From positions 31,192,401 to 31,256,400 of the forward strand of contig CM120641.1 in NCBI GenBank assembly GCA_051362555.1: a stretch of DNA of 64,000 nucleotides, read 5' to 3'. The stretch comes from Lingula anatina. Lineage: Eukaryota > Animalia > Brachiopoda. Shown in pieces: positions 39,701 through 51,493 of the stretch (within the stretch, counting starts at the first letter, position 1; every line of letters starts with the position of its first letter). A model generated the notes under the pieces. It ran no database searches. It was not told where the DNA came from and worked only from the letters and a program-made list of their open reading frames with translations. A program made the translations under genes and the position numbers.

Positions 39701-41230
39701 ATTAATTGCCAGTTGTTTTAAACGATTACACAGGTCTTTTCAAAGATGCTAAACATTCTCAGTTTAACTAGTATGCGTATATATATATGTTTTAAGTTCT
39801 GTTACTAATGTTGAAACTTATGGGGAATGAATTAAAAGAGACAGGAGTAAAAATCAACAGAAATGTTTTCAGGTTTGTATAAAGAAACTGGTTCTGTAAA
39901 TAGAAAAATATATGCTCCAAATATTTTCCCCCTGAGATGTTTTGTTCACAACCAACATACCGCAGGCTGCATTTGTTATTGTTATATCATCAATAGCAAT
40001 AGAGCTGTCATCCACCATGGCACCTGATGTTTTTATTCCTTCAAATATGACCTGAAATCAAGACAGATATTAGTGACAACAATCTACACTATGTTCTGAT
40101 GCCAATCACGTGATCCAAGGAGGATATTTGATAGACGCGATATATTAATTTCATCACCATAACAAAATTTCAACATTGTGAATTATTAATTGTCAAAATT
40201 CACCATATCAAGCTGGTTTAATCTGATCGCTCTCTTACTTGGAACCTCTCCGTAGTGTTTATGAGGACATCCACATGTCTCCACTGATCTTGACTACTGC
40301 CGTCATGACTCCATGCTGTATATATCTGGCTGCTGCCATTTATCTGGTATTTCACATTGAACGTCACCAAATGAGATCCAAATGCATAGTACTCAAAGCT
40401 TACAGTGGCCTGGCAGTGTTCCTGGGAAATGTTTATCCATGGGGATCTTATCCTTGCTGTGGCTTGTGAAGAAGCAGTCTGCCAAATTGAATTGTTAACA
40501 TATTTATTCCAACCAGTACAGAATTTTAACTTACTTTATTTTTTTATGATTATGATTGTCTCAAAATACATAAAATCATTTAAGAGCTTGTATCATCACT
40601 TGAGAAGGAATGCATCACATCAGAGGTACGTTTTTCAAAGATGTTATGCTGCCCTCCCCCTTATGCCTGCCCCTCCCCCCCCCCCCCCCCCCCCCCCCCC
40701 TCAGATCCCCAGCAAATACATTACCAGAGAGGTAGTACATGTACCTGATATCTGGGTTCCAGCAGGTAGTAGAATCCATCATTCCCTGTGTGGTCTGCCT
40801 GTGGCCCAGTGCTACTCCTCCCTGGAGCTTCTCTCTTATAAAGAGTCCACTCCAACTCTTCATCTTTATCTTGTGTGAACCCACAGTTATCACTGTCAAA
40901 TTGAAAGGACGCTGGGGTGGACACAACTGAAATGAAAGACCATAAAAGATGATGTGAAAATAACTGATCATGATCACTGATAGGCATGACTTCCTTGAAT
41001 TCACTTTGCTTATGCAAAAGGTGCAAGGTGACTGATCTGGACCTCCCAAGGCAAGAGAGTGGTTTGCCTTCATTTGTTTTCAACCTCAGACTATGTGAGT
41101 TATTATTATTCATGGTTTGGGCTTTTGATAATTGCCAGACAATCATCTTTAAAAAATTACTGAAATATAACACATAAACATAATCTTTGTCAATAAAGGA
41201 AGACTATATATACCAATAAATACATATACA

Positions 41231-41388
41231 GGGGGCATCTCAATAGTCCAAAGGCTCACTGGTCCAAAAAATCGTAGCATTATCATCAGTTTTTTAATCA
41301 AGGGTTCGTTGGTCCGAAGGATCTATAGTGAACATTCGGACCAATGAACCTTCGGACTATTAAACCTTCGAACTATTGCCACAGCCCC
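41231..41388. mobile_element. Small MITE with internal ggtccgaagg/ccttcggac repeats
   Basis: gggg..caatagtcc / gaactattg..cccc ends. Confidence 0.5.
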
Positions 41389-43335
41389 CACATACATATT
41401 CATGTCCAGCTTCATGTTTTGTGGCAATTAAGGCAACAATGCAGGTGTTTAAACACCCCTTCACTTTGAGGATCAAGATAATTTAAAATCTGCACAAAAA
41501 TAGGTCATAGAAAGATTTAAGCTAAAATATTAAGGAACACATTTAAATAAACTAATTAAAGGCTCTAACAACTTTACTCAGTACACACACAAACACAGCA
41601 AGAAAATTACAATATGCTGTACTTTAGCATACCTTCTATACAGTTGCCAGGCACCTGAATCACTCTGATACCATCAATAGCTATATCTCCACCAGTTCCA
41701 GATCCAGCAATACCATTAAACTGAATCTACAAAAAGAATGTGTATGTTTAGTTTTACATGAACCTATTGTAATACAATTAATTTACAAGAAGTTTGGTAT
41801 CTAATCAGGAGGGAACATAAAACATTGTTCTATATACATGTATCAAGCAATGAAAGAAATATATACACATTCAAGGGGATGAAAAAATATTTTGCTTGTT
41901 TTTAATAATATGAAGGTTTAGAATATCTATATAAGCAAATAAGAAAAATTTAATTTCAGTCAGTTTCTTAACTATTTTGTTTTGTTTCATAAATAGGATC
42001 ACTCTATTTGCAAAAGCACTAAGGCTGTGAAAGTTTACAAAAAAAAAAAAAATTAAATGGATATGGACAGGAGATCAAATGGATTCTGGAACATATATAT
42101 TTGACAAACATTAGCCAGACAAACAAGTTTCCAGACAGAGAGACATACAGATGGAAATACAAGACAGACAGGCAGACAAACATACTTTAAAATGAATAAT
42201 TCCAGATGGTTGTAGGATCCATGTATATTCCTTCCATGCATTCTGGACCTCATTTAGATGGAAAAGTTTCATATTCCGGTTGAAAGTCGACTGCCCAGAT
42301 TCTTTTTCAAGTAATATTACAGTCAGTGCATTGACATCACCACCATAGATGTGTGCCCAGAATCTCAAAGTCACTAATCCACACTGATGAACCTCAAGAT
42401 CTGGAGTCTCCAAAGCAGCTATGGCACCATTTGACTAAAAGTTGGATTAGTACATATTATGTATCTTTAATAAATCAGCTATATTGTAGAATTTTCTCCT
42501 AACTTGTATTACATGAAGCAAATCGATGCCAGTTCCAGACTAGAAACGCAGCCAACATCTAGATTTTCTAAGAAATTTTTTATCTCATATTAATGCATAA
42601 TAAATTTGGTACAATCTACATACTTGACCATCTACTTCAATATACAAGTAATGTCCTATGCCTTCTTTTGTTATAGGGTCAGCAGAAGGTCCAGTGCTTG
42701 CAGTAGGAGTGGATCCGCTCTTCAAAGTCCAGTCAAACTGATCTGATGTGAGCTGATTAAAGTTGCAAATGGTGGAGTTCTCAAAGTCACAGCTGGTTTC
42801 GTATGGTAGACCTGCAGATGGTGGGGCAGAGATGTTAGACAACAATAAAATAAAGCAATCAAATGTATTCAAAATAAAAAAAAAAAAAACAATTTCCCAT
42901 CCTACCTCGTAGTACAGTGAAAAGGTGATTTACCGACAAGCATCGATTATTATAATATTTCTAATGGAAAAACTTTTGTAAATCAAAACCTTAAGTTTAC
43001 GTGCTATTATTATTATTCCATACTAATATCTAAACAGACTGAATTCTTTACCACTATTATCATCTCCTTTCACTTGTATTTCACACAGATTCATAATTTC
43101 GTTGTTTCCTTCTATCTGAATGGAGACATATCTGCCCGCTAGTGGACTGGCACAGTTAAAAGTGTCAGTGGCTCCCCCTGCAGGCCATGTTCCAGTATAG
43201 TTAGAACACCAGATCCAAGTACTAGAGTCATGTCCTCTGTCGATGTCAAACTCATCACTCACAGATATTACGAAGTCATGAAGACGGTCATCTGGAACAG
43301 TTTTTGTCAGGTGAGATACTATATGAGTTCATGAC

Positions 43336-43336
<1 letters not shown>

Positions 43337-43390
<54 letters not shown>
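43337..43390. repeat. (AAT)n microsatellite
   Basis: Directly visible. Confidence 0.95.
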
Positions 43391-43391
<1 letters not shown>

Positions 43392-44785
43392 TTTTAGGGT
43401 GATGGAGTGTTAAATCAGTAATAATATTTGTAACCCTACCAGCAGGTCCAAATATTTTTCAATATTTTTAATAGTCTAAGATCACAATTTGAATTCTCAA
43501 AACCTTTAATGTTTTACATGTTCTAAAAAAAGGGATCCTTGCAACATATTCAAAATCATGCTTTGCTTTCCTTTTAAGCAAATTGGTATGTGCATAGTTC
43601 AACTTACTGCAGCAGTCCCCTCTCCCTGTAATAGTTACAGTGGTAATAAAGGTGTATCTCTGAAGATCTACTACAAACCAAGGATCTGTCATAGCATTAG
43701 ATTCCCAGCAGGATTTATGTGAATAAATCGGATCTTGGTTTCCGTCTAAAACTTGATATGGTGAAACTGCATTTGTGCTACCAGCATACGCCTCTTTTCC
43801 AAAAGCAAGGTTTTCACCTGAAATTAAGTCTATAACAGTGCATATTGTACTTTAAACTGTATCCTAAGTACTGTACAGCATCATCACCACAAAATATGCT
43901 TCGAAAATGTTGCAATTTGTGTTATAAATACATTTAATTTGATTGAAATTAATATGTACTAGATTATTTACATTTGTTGTATCTTTAGTATAGTTTTTAA
44001 AAATATTTTTGCTTTTTTCTCTATGTTGTGATGCAAGAATATGACAATCATTGAGCTTCTCTTAATTAAAATATATACCCAATGCAATCTGCAAGAGATA
44101 TTACATGTATCAATATTAAAAGACTGAATGGAATGCAACATTTATGAAATCTCTGAAAAAGAAGATGAAACCATAGCAGAAAAGATTTATGTTAATTTTT
44201 GGGCACTATTTTGTTTCACTACAGAGTTATATCAAGCAACTTAATGCCTCCTCTGACCAGTAATAATTTCAGATTTTCAAATCCCTCACTTTTTGTAACA
44301 TTCTAATCTACCATTTCTAATATTTTCAGACACTAGTATCATTGTACTTTCAAGTTTCAATTATTTTTTCAAAGATTTTTATGTCAAAATATCTATGGAA
44401 TTCTTTATTTTTTATATATACTTACAGTTCATCTGGGTTAAAATGTTCACATCATCTATGGCATAATCAGACTCATGATCATTTCCCCTCTGAGCTTCAA
44501 AAACAATCTGAAATTTGAAGAATATGGCATAATTTAAATTCTATGGTGACAGTGCATGTATCATTCTTCATATGTGACTTTGAGGATTTGATTTAGTCTG
44601 ACAAACATTCACAAAGTAAATAAAGCAATAAATCTATATTACTATAAATATATACTACATCATGGACTTTGAGTAAAGATACATAATTATAATTTTCAGC
44701 ATCATACCTGAAACTTGACATTTTTAAGAGGTAACAGTAATAACTCGTGCTCTAGCTCCATTGGGCTAAAAACAAAGACCAATGA

Positions 44786-46089
44786 AACTAGACAATAGGC
44801 CTATTGGTTTTCCTTGAAATGTGTTATCAGTGTTGCATATATGCTGACAAAAGAGAAAACGTAAGGGCAACACTGAGCATATCTCTGCTAGTTTTGAAGA
44901 TATGAGGGGCAAGAAAATATGCAAAGGTCAGTTCATGGTATATGATTTCCTATTCAAGTTAAATAGTAACTATGGGTATCTCCTTGCTAATTTTGGAGAT
45001 AAAGAGGCCAGAAAACATGCAAAGTATAGTTCATCATAAAAAGTAGGTCAAAGGTTAATTTCAAGGTCACAGTTAGATTGCCAGTATATGACTTCCTGTT
45101 CAGGTTCAATAGTAACTATGGGTGTATCTCTGCCAGTTTTCGAGATATAAGGGAGATAATTTTTGCAAAGTTCAGTTCATGGTGAAAAGTAGGTCAAAGG
45201 TCAATTTCAAGGTCACAGTTAGATTATCAGTATATGACTTCCTATTCAAGTTCAATAGTAACTAAGGGCTTATCTCTGCTAATTTTTGAGTAATTCACAT
45301 TTTATTTTCACTACTGAATTTTGGATGTTGAACTTTTTGATTAGTGCAATGCCTAAGCCGTATCAAAAACAAAAAAAATGGACACCACCCCCAGTGCTGC
45401 CCTTGACAAGTTCTACAAAATGCAAAAAACAAGAGGTCTCTAGCATTAACGGTTCCAGAATTAGAGAGAATTTTCAGTTTCGGCATCTAATGGCCGCTAC
45501 TACCATGAAAATGCACCGATTGACCCCAAACTCACGAAAATGAAAGATTACCCTAAGGGTAACACCTGCCCATAATATTATAGGAAAGATATGTTTCGTT
45601 TCTAAATATCGGCTGAAATAAAAATTTTCTCGCAAAAAATTCCCATTTTTAGAAAATTTTGGCCTGTTTGACCTTGAAATAAAGGTCAAAGGTCAAATCC
45701 AAGGGCATATTTGAAATCCTCACATATGACTTTTGGTCAGCCATCTGTTGTAATTTTTCCCATAATTCCATCGGTTTGGGAGATATTTAGCATTGAATTT
45801 TCAAAATTTTTGACAAGGGTGCATTTCAACGAGCGTCACGCCCAGGTCAATGCACCAACTGAGACAAAAAAACCTGGGGGTTCAAGTTGAGATTATATGT
45901 GACCTAAATCCAAGAGATGGGGACACAGGTCCTTGCGGTCTAGGAGGAGAAGCGGTAACGGTGACTCGTATCCCACGTCATCCTGCGGAGCCGCAGGAGC
46001 CGCAGGAGCCGGCGGAGCCGGCGGAGCTGTACGAGACGGGTCGGGACTAAAACCATGAGTACCGCCAGCGTACACGCTGGTGGTACTAA
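44786..46089 (-). mobile_element. HINE family 2, second copy, lacking its 3' terminus
   Basis: Same 5' hairpin (46058-46087) and body as 33376-35148. Similarity stops at ctagac (equivalent to 33681), so about 305 bp carrying the subTIR and stem-loop are absent. Confidence 0.82.
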
Positions 46090-46267
46090 TGATTTACTAT
46101 AGAAAATTAAGTTAAAGATTTTCTACAAGACAATTCATAGAATGAAATATTTGCAAAGTCTAAATGTGTAGAAATTAAATTGTCCTGTGCTAGCAACTGT
46201 ATGATGCACTAGTTTCTAAAACTAAAGCATGATCACACTCCTAGAGGTTTCCCTATTGTTTATTTCT

Positions 46268-49200
46268 CTACACATGCTTACTGAGTGATTCAACATAACA
46301 GGATTTAAGGCTATCTAGTTGTTTCCTGGTGTAACTCCTGGCCCCAGCATTCCCTGATCTTGATTTGTTTATCAAAATAGCCTCCAGGGTTTGAGAGCTC
46401 ATGTTAGGCCTGAATGCAGTGTGAGTTTTTCTGACCATGCTGAAAACTCTTTCACAGTGTGCACTGGAGTGTGGGATGGTTAGGATCCTTAACATGAACT
46501 TGGGCAGAACTTGAAACATCTGCACACCATTCTCATCTTTCATCTGTCCCATTTCTGCCCATGCTTCATCCAGCCGATCCTTCTTGATATCCCTGATGTC
46601 AGTTACCTGATATAGAGCAAACTCGCTTTCCAGTTTCCCTCTCTCCTCTTCTGGTATCAGGCATGGGAACTTCTTCAGAAAGAACTGTACTGATGACTGA
46701 TAGCTTTCAGTCTGCCGCTGCATGTCTGTGACTTCTGCATGTTTCAGCAATTCACATGAAAGAGGCAGCTTCTGTTTAATGTATGAACAGGCTGTTGAGA
46801 AGAATGATTTCACATTCTTGTGGAATTCCTGAATTCGCTTATCCCTCAGGTGGTTGTCTTTCTTCTGAGAAAGAAATGCTTTTGCCTCATCTCCAATGAG
46901 CAGATCATTTTCAGCCTTAATGTTGCTGGATACAGTGAACTGCACATCAAGGACACCCTTGTAAATCATAGCTGACGGTTTGACGAACATTACTAAGAGT
47001 TCTTTGAGCAGACTGTGCAGGCGTCTACGCAGAACATGGATCTTTGGTTCAGCACACTGCAGCTCTGTGTTATATTTATCAAAAACAGCTATGGCATGCT
47101 TCAAAAATAAACAATACAATCTGTTTGTTGGTGACTTGAAGAATGCCTTCATTCGGTCAAGACGATCAGCTTGCTTTGAGCTTGTTGAAGAACTTTCCTC
47201 TCTAATGAATTGGAGAAGCGGATCCCAGTTCTCAAGAACTCTGTTAAGGCATCTTGAAACACTTAACCAGCGGGTGCACACATGTTTCAGCATGTCAGCA
47301 TCTTTTAGCTCGTGAAGCACCTGCATTGCTTTGAGCGAAGATTTTCGTAGTGAACTCTTGTCTAGGTAATAGTAGACATCCACAAGAATCTGATCAATGC
47401 TGAATGGAAGGCAATGAGCAGCTGCAAATAACATTGAATAACATTTGTTAGGACAAACTCAATGAATATTGAATAAAACAATACTGATACCATATAATCA
47501 AACAATATTTAAATTCAAATTAAAATACATTTTCAAAGACATTTTTGCTTATTTCAATAATGAATTCAAATACCATTTTCAGCTGCATGGTGAATCAGAT
47601 GACACGCGCAGCCAGACAGATAAATGGAAGGGTGAACTGTAAGCATATGTCCATACACTCCATTCTTCTTCCCGACCATCACATTGGCATTATCAGACCC
47701 TAGTGCTATACAATTTGTCCAGGGAATGTGTTCATCTTGAAACACTTTGTCAATCAGATCAAATATGGCCTTCCCTACAATAACAACAAAAATATAAAAA
47801 TCAATGTGATTTACAAGTAACTCATAATGCAACACAGAATCATAACATTTGCATTGGTTTTAATAAAAGTATTATAAACTAAAGCAGTTAAAGGGACACA
47901 AAAGAGGATTCTCCCGCCAACACTAACATCAAACGAATTTTCCCAAGGTAAACGGCATTTTTCCACCTTTTATCATCCTTTTCTAACACTCGCCATACTT
48001 ATGTAACAATTTTGGAAAAAGGTGAAATATCCAAACCTGTGCTTAAGCGCGGGTTTGTCTTGATGGCTGACTACATAGGCTGAATAGGGGACGGTGAATA
48101 TAGCTGTTTTGCGATATTGTTTAAGGCCATCTATCTTTGAATTTATGTTTTAAACGTTTTTATTGTACTCATGTAAGTTCAACAAGAAGCGATTCATGTC
48201 TTTACATTGCGATCAAAATCCTATTTTGTGTCCCTTTAATATTTTAACTTAATCTCAACAAATAATGCTACTATGAAATCATATTGAATAAGAAAATAAA
48301 AAACAAAATAAAAAATACACACCATCATGCATCAATGATCAGTCAGCAGGCAGAACGATTGTTAAAAAAAAAACTGAACATGAACAATCTCTGAAAACAA
48401 AACAAAAGAAAATATATTCTCTTCACAATTGATGAACAAACTTGACTGGGTTGAAAGTGTTAGTATATGAATAAAATACATGCATATATTCCCCACAAAA
48501 AGTAATTGTAATATATTATTAGCGAAGTTTTAAAATTCCATTCACTACTAATGTGCGTGTGTGTGTTTGTATATTCACATGTATTGCAATAAAATATTAT
48601 TATTTCATATAAAAATTTCAGCTTTACCTGTTGCTGATCCTTTACAAGTCGGCACACTCAGCACGTCTGATCTGACCTCAGAAGTTTGTGGATCGACGCA
48701 TCTAATCACAAGAGGGAATAGTTTCTCCGTATCGTTGCTACCATCTGTCGATATGGTAAAAGGGTTGTCTTTGATTATGTCGATCAAACGTTTCTGGGTA
48801 TGCTGGGCATTTTTCTGTACAATTGCCGTTGTTTTTGAGCGCCCGCATGCAAACGATTTGGCGATTTCAGAGTCACTGAACTTGGTTTTACATATGGCTG
48901 TTATTTTGTCCATAATTGAAAATGGGAGATTTTGTTCCACACAGAGATCGACGAAGGCAACCTCCGCATCAATCACATTATATTTCAGTTGAGTCGTCTT
49001 TTGTAAGAACTTGCTCATGTTTGAGCTGACTGCGGCCTTCGCCAACTTGGCATATTCAGCGTGTTTCTTCGACTGCACATGTCGGCGGCAGTCATCCCGG
49101 CCACCGTGCGCGATGGAAATGTCCACGCGGCACACTTCGCAATACGTATGACAACTGCCTTGTTTGCTTGCCTTTAAGCAAGGCCACTGTAATGTGTAGC

Positions 49201-49270
49201 TGGGGATAAAGTTTTGGCTCCGTTTCTTCGCGCTTTTGTCATTTTCTTCGCCTTTACGCTTCTCCGCCAT
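46268..49270 (-). CDS. hAT-B transposase, 3 exons, 665 aa, apparently intact
   Basis: Exons 48628-49270, 47574-47774 and 46268-47421 (643+201+1154 = 1998 nt, phases 1/1). Zn finger CEVC..H....H, STDGSND, GSDNANVM, CACH, TRWLS and SSAHCERVFS motifs. Confidence 0.9.
47892..48235. mobile_element. Kolobok-like MITE in intron 1 of the hAT-B transposase
   Basis: ttaa|agggacacaaaagaggatt ... aatcctattttgtgtccct|ttaa: TTAA TSD with AG..CT termini. Confidence 0.8.
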
Positions 49271-49567
49271 TTCTGACAACACGTGTGTAGCAGAATGAAA
49301 CGAAACTGGTGATCTTTTCAATACGCATGCGTCAGTCCCTACATAGGTTACTTACACTAGACATGATTGGATAGTTAGATACGACACTTCCGCTATTTGT
49401 ATTGTGGACTCTACTTACTACGGTATAAACAAAAACAAACAATTCAATCAATGGTTATATTAAATATACCCCAATAAAACGTACTTCAAAACTATTCTTC
49501 CGTAACATCGTATTTTATTGTCAAATCCGTACAAAATACGGCCAAATCGTAACGATAGGCATCTCTG

Positions 49568-51493
49568 AGACAACCCTTCACTACTTGTGGCATGGTCCCT
49601 GTGCTTTTGCAGTTCTCTCAATGCATGCTTCACATTAACATCCACCAAGGCTGGGTCAAGATCTTTCTTTTGGAAGAGTAAACATAGCTCTGTGACAATG
49701 CTGAGGATGGACAAAAGCATATGGGTGACAAAAACAAAACTGAATTGTGAAAGTTTCTTTGCAAAACCTTTTGCCTTGGCATCACTTGCCCCCATTTCAG
49801 ACATATAGGACACTAATGACCCATAAGTCCTGTAAATTGTTTTTATTGCTTTGTAGTAGGGCAACCATCGAACCTCATGGACTTCATTGCACTTTAAAAT
49901 AGGTTCATCCAGCAGCTCCTGAATAGCTGTGATTCTGTTTACCCTGACAGATGATGCTTTAAAGTAATAAAATATACTGGTAATAGTTGATTGATAGTCC
50001 TTCATATAGTCTATAGCATTTGCTGCCTGGCTAGTACATAAAGCCAATCTGTGGGCAATACAGTGTATGTGAACCATCGCAGGATTTTCAGCAAGCAGTC
50101 TGCCTGCAACTCCATTTCCCATGCTGGTCATGCTCGCTGCACCATCAGAACCAAAACCATATATCTTACTTAAGGGGATCTCCTTTGATTTAAGATAGTC
50201 TTTGATAGCTGCTGCAACTGTGGCACCCTTGCCATCTGTGACATTTATGTCGGCTACAAAGTGGGTAGAAGGAACAAAGTTATCATCTAAAAGTCTGACA
50301 CATATAACCAACTTTTTTGTTACTGTTATATCAGTGCTCTCGTCTGCTAGTATTGTTAGAAATGGTGAAGACTTCATTTTCTGAAGCAAGTCTTCCTCAA
50401 CTGTGGCAGCAATAGCAACAACCATATCCCACCCTGCTGTATCAGAATTATACTTTGCATTGTCTCCTTGGTCTAAGTATGAAAGGTTGGGGCAATCCAG
50501 GTGCTGTAGCAACTCTATTAGGCTTCCAAACTTTCAAATTGCTATGCCCTCTTGAACTAGCCAGTACACGGACTTCATTGATGTCATGATTGCTCCATCT
50601 TTACCTAAAAATGTTTTATAAACGTTACTTTAAATTTGAATTTGGACATTATAACCTGCATAAAATGTTAAATAGTGTTGAAGGTACCTGCAAACATTAC
50701 TCCAGCACACAATCCCTTACTTTATTTTTCCCTTAATCACCATGAACAGAGACCAAATCTCTCGACACACTAAAATTATGAAAAATGAATGTGAAAATTT
50801 TATCTATATATATACAAAAAATAATGTTCAGGGAAAAAACATGAGCGTAACGCCCTGTGTCAATGCTACGCAGCAAACGCATTGTTTACATAGTTGTTCA
50901 GCATTGCGATATCCCAGAATGCACTTTCGAGAGTTCTTCAACCTACACAAATATAACTACAACACGTGGGTCCGGGACCGTCACGATAATCAACAACGTA
51001 CACTAGTGTCACTTTGCTGGCTCATGCTCCGTGTTACAAATAAATATTGACAAAAAATAATATCTTACCTTCTAAAGCTCTGCAAAAAGCCTGTTTAGCT
51101 TGAGCTGATTCCGACGTTTCTTGTATGGCAAGCTTGTGGTCTTTAGATGTCTCATGGTGCACAAGGATACTGGTTCGAAAGTTATTAGTCCCTTGAAATA
51201 ATATATTGTCCTTCTTTTTTTCAACACATCAGCTGCAATACATCAAGTTTGCGTTATTGTCTTATACAAGCCACTTGTAAGTATGACCTTCAAGTTGCAT
51301 TTCTAGTTGACACGGTATCAGAAGTCATGACAGCAGCACATACATCTACTTTAGCTCTCTTCTCCGGTGGAAATGTCTGCTGTGTATGATCATTGTCTCC
51401 GTCGCTACTATTCTGATCCGTTTTAGGGTGATCTTTGGGATCAACTTTCTTAAAAAAACTTAAAATAACACTTAGCTTCTTCTCCGCCATCAT
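49568..51493 (-). pseudogene. hAT-A transposase, 5' part (ZNF862-like)
   Basis: Exon 51069-51493 (disrupted Zn-finger region) and exon from 50604 with an in-frame stop. Motifs ILADESTD, GFGSDGAASM, HCIAHRLAL and EVRWL. Confidence 0.9.

Larger units (their letters stand above)
35227..44765 (-). pseudogene. Captured 19-exon fragment of an extracellular multidomain lectin/adhesion gene: MAM(partial)-F-type lectin-MAM-MAM-CCP-CCP-CTLD-WSC-fibrinogen-N-like-F5/8C
   Basis: GT-AG exons: 44708-44765 (damaged), 44426-44507, 43608-43817, 43052-43291, 42624-42811, 42186-42434, 41633-41726, 40745-40926, 40239-40478, 39961-40051, 39510-39689, 39141-39311, 38459-38872, 37279-37536, 36910-37032, 36346-36433, 35970-36073, 35637-35743, 35227-35377. 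The last 18 splice into one open frame of about 1057 codons. No start, signal peptide or stop exon is visible. Confidence 0.88.
33000..49567 (-). mobile_element. hAT-B transposon, 16.6 kb including 12.7 kb of cargo
   Basis: Perfect 12-bp TIRs cagagatgccta (33000-33011) / taggcatctctg (49556-49567); perfect 6-bp TSD agacaa (32994-32999 and 49568-49573). Confidence 0.92.

Noticed and set aside
49460-49567. C-terminal tail QRCLSLRFG... of the 350-aa ORF
   Set aside because: Read-through into the hAT-B terminus, not part of the hAT-A protein.
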